From NCBI GenBank assembly GCA_938011325.1, contig CALLUD010000002.1:39367-103366 (forward strand): a stretch of 64,000 bases of DNA, written 5' to 3'. The notes under the pieces are model-generated. The model made no database searches and was not told where the DNA came from. It saw only the letters and a program-made list of their open reading frames with translations. Below are positions 55,362 to 64,000 of the stretch, piece by piece; the stretch's first letter is position 1; each line of letters starts with the position of its first letter. A program made the translations under genes and the position numbers. This DNA comes from an uncultured Spartobacteria bacterium (GTDB taxonomy: Bacteria; Verrucomicrobiota; Verrucomicrobiia; Chthoniobacterales; JAATET01).

Positions 55362-57173
55362 ATGAACTCCCGACGTCCGATTCTCATCTACGATGGCGAC
55401 TGCCATTTTTGCACGCGATGGATCGCGCGATGGCGGGTGGCGACGGGGGACAAGGTCGAGTATCGCGCCGTGCAGGATGGGGAGTTTCCCGAGATCCCGC
55501 CCGGGGCGGCTGAGCGTTCGGTGCAATTTCTGGATGCCGAGGGGCGGCGCTTCGAACGGGCGCGCGCGGTGTTTCTCGCGCTTGCGACGAACTCGTGGAT
55601 CGGGCGCGCTCTCGACTGGGCGTATCGAAAGGTGCCGGGTTTCGCGGCGGTGAGCGACGGCTTCTATGACGTCGTTGCGAAGAACCGGATGCTGTTCTCA
55701 CGCGCGACGCGACTGCTGTGGGGGCGGGACGTGCTGCCGCCGAGCTATGCCGTGGCGACAATGCTCTTTCTCCGGCTGCTGGGGCTGATCTACCTCATCG
55801 CGTTCGTCTCGTATGGGGTGCAGGCGGACGGATTGATTGGACCAAACGGGATTCTCCCCGTGGCGCAAATGCAGGCATGGGTTGCCGAACATTTCGCCGA
55901 CGATGCCTGGCACGTCTGGCCGTCGCTGACCTGGCTCGGTCCGCCGGATGTGATGGTGACCGTGCTCACATGGGTTGGAGTGCTGTGCGCGGTGCTTGTG
56001 ATGCTTGGAATGTGGCAGCCATTCGCGCTCGCCGGGGCGTGGATTTGCTATCTGTCGCTCGTTACGGCCGGGCAGCTTTTCTATCTGTTCCAATGGGACT
56101 CGCTGCTGCTGGAGACGGGACTGCTGGCGGTGTTTGCGGCGCCGTGCTTCTCGCGACCGAATCTGAAAATGCGGCGTCCGTCGCGCCTCGCGCATTTCCT
56201 TCTCGTCTGGCTGCTCTTCCGTCTGATGTTTGCCTCGGGCGTGGTGAAGCTGACAAGCGGAGACCCGGTCTGGCACAGCCTCGAGGCGCTGGAGTTTCAT
56301 TATTTCACGCAACCGATTCCGAATCCGATCGCGTGGTTTGTCGCTCAGGCACCAGCGTGGTTTCAGAAAGTCTCGTGCGGCATCATGTTCGCGATCGAGC
56401 TGGTGCTTCCGTTCTTCGTGTTTCTGCCGCGCCGACCGCGAATGATCGCGTTCTTCGCGTTTTTCGCGCTGCAGGTGGTCATCGAACTCACGGGCAACTA
56501 TGGATTCTTCAATCTGCTCACGGCGGCGCTGGCGCTTTTGCTCGTGGACGACGCGGTGTGGCCTCGCATTCCGGCGGGCTGGATCGCGCAGAAGGTGACG
56601 TGGTCGCGGTGGATCCTGATTCCCGTCGCCGCCGCGTATTTCCTGCTGAGCCTCGTGCCGCTGGCGGGGACCTTTCGCACAACGAAGCCGATTCCGACGG
56701 CAGTGCTGGATGCCTACGAGTGGCTGGCGCCATTCCGTTTTGTGAACGGCTATGGCCTCTTCGCGCGAATGACGACGGAGCGTCCGGAGATCCTCGTGCA
56801 GGGCAGCAATGATGGACGCGTGTGGGAGACGTATGAATTCAAATACAAGCCCGGGCGGCTTGATCGTCCGCCGCCGTTTGTCGCGCCCTACATGCCGCGC
56901 CTCGACTGGCAGATGTGGTTCGCCGCGCTTGGAGATGTGCGGCGGAATCCGTGGTTTCTGAACTTCATGGCCCGCCTGTTCGAGGCGCGACCCGAGGTGC
57001 TTGCCCTGCTTGCCAGCGATCCCTTCGAGGGCAAGCCGCCGCGTTATTTGCGGGCGCTCGTGGACGAATATCGATTCACGACATTCGCGGAGCGTCGCGC
57101 ATCAGGCGACTGGTGGGCGACCGAGCCCCGTGGAATCTACCTTCCGGAGATTCGCCGGGAGCAGCTGGAATGA
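55362..57173 (+). CDS. DCC-type thiol-disulfide oxidoreductase (DUF393) fused to a lipase maturation factor (LMF) domain
   Basis: N-terminal ILIYDGDCHFCTRWI, and LMF blocks FQWDSLLLETG, FHYFTQPIPNP, TGNYGFFNLLT and PRLDWQMWFAAL. Confidence 0.8.
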   Translation: MNSRRPILIYDGDCHFCTRWIARWRVATGDKVEYRAVQDGEFPEIPPGAAERSVQFLDAEGRRFERARAVFLALATNSWIGRALDWAYRKVPGFAAVSDGFYDVVAKNRMLFSRATRLLWGRDVLPPSYAVATMLFLRLLGLIYLIAFVSYGVQADGLIGPNGILPVAQMQAWVAEHFADDAWHVWPSLTWLGPPDVMVTVLTWVGVLCAVLVMLGMWQPFALAGAWICYLSLVTAGQLFYLFQWDSLLLETGLLAVFAAPCFSRPNLKMRRPSRLAHFLLVWLLFRLMFASGVVKLTSGDPVWHSLEALEFHYFTQPIPNPIAWFVAQAPAWFQKVSCGIMFAIELVLPFFVFLPRRPRMIAFFAFFALQVVIELTGNYGFFNLLTAALALLLVDDAVWPRIPAGWIAQKVTWSRWILIPVAAAYFLLSLVPLAGTFRTTKPIPTAVLDAYEWLAPFRFVNGYGLFARMTTERPEILVQGSNDGRVWETYEFKYKPGRLDRPPPFVAPYMPRLDWQMWFAALGDVRRNPWFLNFMARLFEARPEVLALLASDPFEGKPPRYLRALVDEYRFTTFAERRASGDWWATEPRGIYLPEIRREQLE

Positions 57174-57179
57174 TCCCGC

Positions 57180-57944
57180 CTACGCCGTGGCGCTGGTCGT
57201 CTCGCGAATTGAAGCCGCGGTGTAGTCGCGATTGAGCATCGCGATGAAGCTGGCCGGAATGTGCGCCGGGCAGACCGCCTCGCATTCGTAGTAGTTCGAG
57301 CAGTTGCCGAAGCCTTCGGCGTCCATCTGGCGGACCATGCCGAGCACGCGACGATCCTTCTCGGGCTTTCCTTGCGGAAGGAGATTCAGGTGTGCCGCCT
57401 TGGCGCTGACGAAGAGCATCGCCGAGCTGTTCGGGCACGCGGCCACGCAGGCGCCGCAGCCGATGCACGCAGCGGCGTCCATTGCGGTGTCCGCGATGGG
57501 TTTCGGAATGGGCAGTGCGTTTGCGTCGGGTGCGGAGCCGGAGCGCTCGGAGATGAAACCGCCGGCTTGAATGATCCGGTCGAGGGCGCCGCGGTTGACG
57601 GCGAGATCCTTTTGCAGCGGAAAGGCTCCCGCGCGAAATGGCTCGATCGTGATCGTCTCGCCGTCCTTGAACTTCCGCATGTAGAGCTGGCAGGTGGTGC
57701 CCACGCCGCGGTCCTTCCCATGCGGGACGCCGTTGATCGTGAGGCTGCACATGCCGCAGATGCCCTCGCGACAGTCGTGGTCGAAGGCGATCGGCTCCTC
57801 GCCCTTGCTGACGAGATCCTCGTTGACGATGTCGAGCATCTCGAGGAACGAGGCTTCGGACGGAATGTTGCGCGCCTCGTAGTCGACGAGTTTGCCGGTG
57901 CCGCTTGTGCCGTTCTGGCGCCAGACTTTGAGGTGGAAGTTCAT
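57180..57944 (-). CDS. sdhB: succinate dehydrogenase/fumarate reductase iron-sulfur subunit
   Basis: [21 protein letters not shown] and [12 protein letters not shown]. Confidence 0.95.
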   Translation of the reverse strand: MNFHLKVWRQNGTSGTGKLVDYEARNIPSEASFLEMLDIVNEDLVSKGEEPIAFDHDCREGICGMCSLTINGVPHGKDRGVGTTCQLYMRKFKDGETITIEPFRAGAFPLQKDLAVNRGALDRIIQAGGFISERSGSAPDANALPIPKPIADTAMDAAACIGCGACVAACPNSSAMLFVSAKAAHLNLLPQGKPEKDRRVLGMVRQMDAEGFGNCSNYYECEAVCPAHIPASFIAMLNRDYTAASIRETTSATA

Positions 57945-57990
57945 GTCGGGAATTGAGTGCTGAAAGTTGTGCGAAGCTGCGGGTGGAGAC

Positions 57991-59907
<1,917 letters not shown>

Positions 59908-59916
59908 CGTAAAGAA

Positions 59917-60636
59917 CTAGCGACCGAAGCCGAGAAGAACGGAGACGGGAATGGAGGAGAATCCGAGGAACAAGCCCCACGCAATCACGCGACCGGCGAT
60001 CTGGAAGACGGGTTGAAGCTTTTTGTTGGTGAGGCCGAGCGTCTGGAAAAGGCTCGCGATGCCGTGGCTGAGGTGAAACGCGAGGAGCGCCAGCGAGATG
60101 ATGTAGAAGGCGCTGACAAGCGGATTGCTGAAACCGACGACGACCATGCGGAACACGTTGTGCACCTCCTCGCCGTGAAGGTTGTATTCGTAGGTCCGGA
60201 AGGCGGGATCGATGTTCCGCGTCGTGAAGTGGAGGATGTGGAAAACGACGAAGGCGAAAACCACCAACCCCGTGAGCCGCATCGTGCGGACGCCGACGGA
60301 GGCCTGGATGGTATTTTTGACCACATACTTCGAAGGCCGGGCGGCCTGATTCTCCTTCCAGAGGAGCATCGTGAAATAGATGTGCAGGCCAACGGCGGCG
60401 AGGAGACCGATGCGCGCGACCCAGAGAAGGGGGCCCAGCTCACGAAGGTGCTTCGCGTAGGCGTTCATCCAGTCCGGCCCGAGGAAGAACGTGAGGTTTC
60501 CGCCGAGATGCCCGATGACGAAGAGCACGAGCAATGTGCCGGTGACGGCGACGATGGTCTTTTTGCCGATGGAGGACAGAAGCCAGGCCGCGATCGGATT
60601 GCGGCGGGCAGGTGAAGAAGTAATGGCAGCTCCCAT
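59917..60636 (-). CDS. sdhC: succinate dehydrogenase cytochrome b subunit (single large b558-type anchor)
   Basis: Five predicted TM helices with conserved His (VIGHLGGN, FHILHF, FHLSHG), upstream of sdhA. The ATG at 60636 is preferred over the TTG at 60678. Confidence 0.8.
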   Translation of the reverse strand: MGAAITSSPARRNPIAAWLLSSIGKKTIVAVTGTLLVLFVIGHLGGNLTFFLGPDWMNAYAKHLRELGPLLWVARIGLLAAVGLHIYFTMLLWKENQAARPSKYVVKNTIQASVGVRTMRLTGLVVFAFVVFHILHFTTRNIDPAFRTYEYNLHGEEVHNVFRMVVVGFSNPLVSAFYIISLALLAFHLSHGIASLFQTLGLTNKKLQPVFQIAGRVIAWGLFLGFSSIPVSVLLGFGR

Positions 60637-60757
60637 GAATGTATTAGAAGGACTAATGGATGCGTCGGAAGATTGCAATTCCCTCGCGGGATGAAGAGCG
60701 ATCCAATCGAGAGATCAGTTGATGACGATCACGGCTGGTGCCGTGCCGACGCGAGGT

Positions 60758-61396
60758 TCAGGGGATCTGGCCGTCCTTGTAAACGAGCCAGAGAGAGTCG
60801 TCGTAATCCTCTTCGCGGATGAAGCGGGCCGAGCCGTCGGCAAACATGTAGTTCGACCCGTCGCCGTAGGCTCTTTTGTTGAGGATGGAGTTGTTGTTGC
60901 CCTCGGCGAAGTCCATGTAGAAGTGGCCGGAGCCGGAGTTGCAGGCCATCAGAATGGTCTGGCTCGGGGAGTCCATCTGGTTGATGCGCACCTGCACGGT
61001 GTCGTCCCGAAACGCGCCGACGTCATTGAAGCCATTCATGAAATAGCTCGTGTTGTTGCGGCCGTTGTTGAGCGGGTCGCGTTTGGTGAGGAGGAAATTC
61101 CCCTTGTCGCCGGGGTCGGCATACACCTTGAGATCTTTCAGATAATCGTGAAGGAGGCGGGGCCACTTGTCGCCGGCGTTGGGACCATCCAGCCGGCGGG
61201 GGAGCTTGAGGTCGTTGTCGCTTGCATACATCTGTGCGGCGCTCCCGAGCTGGCGCATGTTGTTCAACGACGCGGTGGCGTGACCGCGTTTCATCATTCC
61301 GGGGGCGACGGCGAAGACAAGCCCGACGAGGACCGCGATGATCGCCACCGCGGCGAGGAGTTCGATCAGGGTAAATGCGGCGCGACTTTTGGTCAT
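60758..61396 (-). CDS. prepilin-type N-terminal cleavage/methylation-domain protein (DUF1559-like pseudopilin)
   Basis: AFTLIELLAAVAIIAVLVGL after a short leader, and a C-terminal NYMFADGSARFI. Confidence 0.85.
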   Translation of the reverse strand: MTKSRAAFTLIELLAAVAIIAVLVGLVFAVAPGMMKRGHATASLNNMRQLGSAAQMYASDNDLKLPRRLDGPNAGDKWPRLLHDYLKDLKVYADPGDKGNFLLTKRDPLNNGRNNTSYFMNGFNDVGAFRDDTVQVRINQMDSPSQTILMACNSGSGHFYMDFAEGNNNSILNKRAYGDGSNYMFADGSARFIREEDYDDSLWLVYKDGQIP

Positions 61397-61580
61397 GACC
61401 GGCAGCATGAAGGATGAAACACCCCGTTTTCGGAAATGATGCGAGGAAACGGGGAAAAGTCAAATGGCGTAGTGGGGAAGGCACGGATTTGGTTGGGAGG
61501 GAGAGTCGTGGCGCCGGAAATGGCTTAAGTTGCACTGGCAAATTGGAAGAAGGTTGCTAATTTTCCTCGCCCCCCAATCG

Positions 61581-64000
61581 ATGCAGATCCCCCGTATTTC
61601 CTTCCCTGCGCGTGTCCTCCGGCGGGAGTCGGTGGCTTTCCCCCCTGTCCGCGCTGTTGCGTTGATCGCCTGTGCGACCCTCGGGCTCGCAGCGTCGGTG
61701 CAGGCCTATACGAACCCGATCACCGTGCCGGAGTCGTGGCGATGGAACAACGGCTCGTTCTACGGAGAGGGCGATCCCTACATTCTCAAGTTCAACGGCG
61801 TTTATTACCTCTACGTTTCCACCGTTGATGACAAACCGGGGGTCAAGGTCTGGTCGTCGGTCGACCTCGTGAATTGGGAATATCGCGGGCTCTGCGCCAC
61901 GGAGGAGCTCACCAAGGGTGCCTACGCGCCGGAGGTGGTTTACTGGAACGGCACGTTCTACATGTATACATCGCCCGCGGGGAACGGGCATTACGTCCTC
62001 TCGAGCCAAAGCCCCATCGGCCCGTTTACCGCAATCACGGGGAATCTGGGCATGAGCATCGATGGGCATGTGTTCATCGACGATGACGGGAAATGGTGGT
62101 TCTACCATGCGGCGAACGCGAACATCACCGTGCGGCCGATGTCTTCGCCGACGAGCTTTGGCGCGGGCACCGGCACCGGCTCGAACATGCACAACCGCTG
62201 GACCGAGGCGCCTTTCGTCATCAAGCGGTTCGGGCGGTATCACATGACCTACTCGGGGAACCACATCTGGAACCGCGCCTACCGCATCGATTGGTCCACG
62301 AGTGGAAGTCCCGACGGCCAATTCACCCCGCTCGCCGACCAGAATCCCGTGCTCATTCGCACCGAGGGCCCGCACGCCGGGCTCGGCCACAACTGCATCA
62401 TCGTCGGCCCGGATCTCGACACCCATTACATCGTCTACCAGGCCCATGGGAATCCTGGCCGATACATTCATCTCGACCGCATCTCCTGGAACGGTCACAA
62501 GCCGATCGTGCTCGGTCCGACCCTTTGGGGGCAGCCGGATCCCGCGCGACCCGCCTTCGAGGAACGTTGGAGTGGCGGGATCGGTGGCAGATGGTTCGTG
62601 TCAGGTGGCGGCACGTGGTCGGTCACGAATGGAATGGTCGTCCAGTTGTCCACGGCTGGGGGGCAATGGGACAAGCTGCTCGCGACCGCTGCGTCCGGCC
62701 CGGATTACACAGCCGAAATCAACCTCCGGCGCGTGAGTGGCGGCCCCGGATACGGCGCGATGTTTTCCTATGTCGATGCGAACAACCACGGCCGCGTGTC
62801 GTTGAACAGTCAGACGAACCAGATCGAGACGACCTTTCGCATCAATGGCATGGATCTTCCGGTGGAAACCGCGACGCTGCCGGGCGGATTCAATCACGAA
62901 GCCTGGCACGTCCTGCGCATCGAGAAATCCGGTGACACATTCCGATTCCACGTCGATGGCATGTTGCGCAGCAGCCGCACGGTTGCAGGCCTCGGCGGCG
63001 GCAGGATCGGTTGCGCGACATGGCAGACGAGTGCGCAGTTTGGATATGTTGCGTTCAACAACCTGGTGGATGGAAACGGCGCGTGGAGCGCCTCGCAGCC
63101 GGTGCCTGGCGTCGTCGAAGCCGTGCACTTTTTGCCCGGCGACAAGGGGTCCTCCGACACCACCCCAGGCAACGCGGCCGGTGGCTATCGTGCGGGTGAT
63201 GTCGATATCCGCCCCGGTCCGGGCGACGATTTCGTGGTCACGGGCATTGCCGCGGGGGAACGGCTCGCCTACCGCGTAAACGTCGCGGAGAGCGGACGCT
63301 ACGACGTGGCGTTTCGCGTGGCGGCTCCCGAGGAAGGAGGCCGCATTGTTTTGTGGGACGGATATCAACCGGTCACGGACGCGATTTCGATTCCAGCCAC
63401 CGGTGGCTCCGATGCGTGGCGCACGGTGATCGTTCGCAACGTCCAGCTCACCGCTGGTGACCGGACCCTGACGGTCGAGTTTGTCCAGGGCGGCTTCGAC
63501 TATTCGCGAATGACGATCACCCGCTCGGAGGCTGCGACGCCGTTCACGAGCACGTTCACGATGAATGCTTCGGGGTGGACCCGTTTCGACGGGGATTGGG
63601 AGGTATCCGGCGGCACCTACAACGTGAATGCCAAGCCGTTTGGCAAGGTGGTTCGCGGAAACGTGGGTTGGAGGGACTATGTGATCGAGGCGGATATCAA
63701 CCGCCGCGTGGCCTCCGGCGACGCGGGCATTCTCGTGCGGGTCAACAACCCGTCCGACGGCACGGACCGGGTGACTTCCCCCGATTACCTTCAGGGATAC
63801 TACGCGTTCCTCAACGACTCGGGCGTTCACCTCGGGAAGTTCAACTATGGGTGGCTCCGGCTCGTGAGTTCCCCAGGCACGTTCCCCGCGGATGCCTGGC
63901 ATCACATGAAGGTCATTGTGAGCGGTGCGCGCATTCGGATTTTCGTGGGGGACATGACCACGCCGCTCATCGACCATGTGGACGACGCCCCAAACGCGTT
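61581..64000 (+). CDS. secreted GH43 glycosidase with lectin-like (DUF1080/LamG-type) and CBM6-like domains; 3' end outside window
   Basis: I translated this frame by hand and found no stop from the ATG at 61581 to the window edge. Signal peptide ...GLAASVQA. GH43 blocks are GDPYILKFNGVYYLY, YAPEVVYWNGTFYMY, IDGHVFIDDDGKWWF and WTEAPFVIKRFGRYHMTYS. The CBM6-like segment is GGYRAGDVDI...ATGGSDAWRTV. It is not in the supplied ORF track because it has no in-window stop. Confidence 0.85.
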   Translation, partial: MQIPRISFPARVLRRESVAFPPVRAVALIACATLGLAASVQAYTNPITVPESWRWNNGSFYGEGDPYILKFNGVYYLYVSTVDDKPGVKVWSSVDLVNWEYRGLCATEELTKGAYAPEVVYWNGTFYMYTSPAGNGHYVLSSQSPIGPFTAITGNLGMSIDGHVFIDDDGKWWFYHAANANITVRPMSSPTSFGAGTGTGSNMHNRWTEAPFVIKRFGRYHMTYSGNHIWNRAYRIDWSTSGSPDGQFTPLADQNPVLIRTEGPHAGLGHNCIIVGPDLDTHYIVYQAHGNPGRYIHLDRISWNGHKPIVLGPTLWGQPDPARPAFEERWSGGIGGRWFVSGGGTWSVTNGMVVQLSTAGGQWDKLLATAASGPDYTAEINLRRVSGGPGYGAMFSYVDANNHGRVSLNSQTNQIETTFRINGMDLPVETATLPGGFNHEAWHVLRIEKSGDTFRFHVDGMLRSSRTVAGLGGGRIGCATWQTSAQFGYVAFNNLVDGNGAWSASQPVPGVVEAVHFLPGDKGSSDTTPGNAAGGYRAGDVDIRPGPGDDFVVTGIAAGERLAYRVNVAESGRYDVAFRVAAPEEGGRIVLWDGYQPVTDAISIPATGGSDAWRTVIVRNVQLTAGDRTLTVEFVQGGFDYSRMTITRSEAATPFTSTFTMNASGWTRFDGDWEVSGGTYNVNAKPFGKVVRGNVGWRDYVIEADINRRVASGDAGILVRVNNPSDGTDRVTSPDYLQGYYAFLNDSGVHLGKFNYGWLRLVSSPGTFPADAWHHMKVIVSGARIRIFVGDMTTPLIDHVDDAPNA

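Noticed and set aside
61557-63977. Minus-strand ORFs of 313 aa (61557-62498) and 458 aa (62601-63977) offered by the ORF track.
   Set aside because: The plus frame starting at 61581 is uninterrupted to the window edge and has GH43 and CBM6-like motifs. The minus-strand translations are R/P/H-rich with no family resemblance.

Overview
This is a high-GC bacterial chromosomal segment, densely coded and mostly core housekeeping genes. The surface-protein repertoire suggests Verrucomicrobiota, possibly Opitutales-like: PEP-CTERM tails, autotransporter-associated beta-strand repeats, a prepilin-like DUF1559-type protein, and GH78/GH43 glycosidases. That taxonomic call is inference only.

Gene order along the window:
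- 1-10.8 kb: respiratory cluster. It holds the tail of a cbb3-type CcoO-like gene, a monohaem cytochrome c, and aa3-type coxB. A GT28 glycosyltransferase and a GH1 gene interrupt the cluster. Then come ctaD, ctaA, ctaB, a 39-aa TM ORF, ctaE, SCO, a CPGC mini-protein and a Cys-tailed acidic protein.
- 10.9-23.6 kb: rplKAJL-rpoBC-rpsB-tsf-rpoZ-smpB.
- 23.7-30.9 kb: LysM lipoprotein, an isolated nuoB-nuoC pair, then rnd, nadC, birA, ctpA, tsaD and a thioredoxin-like gene.
- 30.9-38.2 kb: nth, then nusA-infB-rbfA-nrnA-truB-ribF.
- 38.2-49.6 kb: accessory stretch with an HXXEE membrane protein, a GH78 rhamnosidase, two >1100-aa PEP-CTERM surface proteins and a PNPOx-family gene.
- 49.7-54.5 kb: aroE, gltX, yqeY, ispD and an M16 peptidase.
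- 54.5-57.2 kb: a rhomboid-like gene divergent from a DCC/lipase-maturation-factor fusion.
- 57.2-60.7 kb: sdhCAB.
- 60.8-64 kb: a pseudopilin-like gene divergent from a GH43-CBM6 multidomain gene. That gene runs off the 3' edge and is missing from the supplied ORF track.

I found no rRNA, tRNA, CRISPR array, transposase, integrase or phage genes.

Nothing here is demonstrably a new multi-gene system. The best candidates for follow-up are:
- the unrecognised ~120-aa tandem-repeat PEP-CTERM protein;
- the GT28+GH1 pair inside the oxidase cluster;
- the rhomboid-like/LMF divergent pair;
- the small Cys-motif proteins coupled to SCO;
- the orphan nuoBC pair.

All family assignments come from motif recognition by eye. 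No searches were run.
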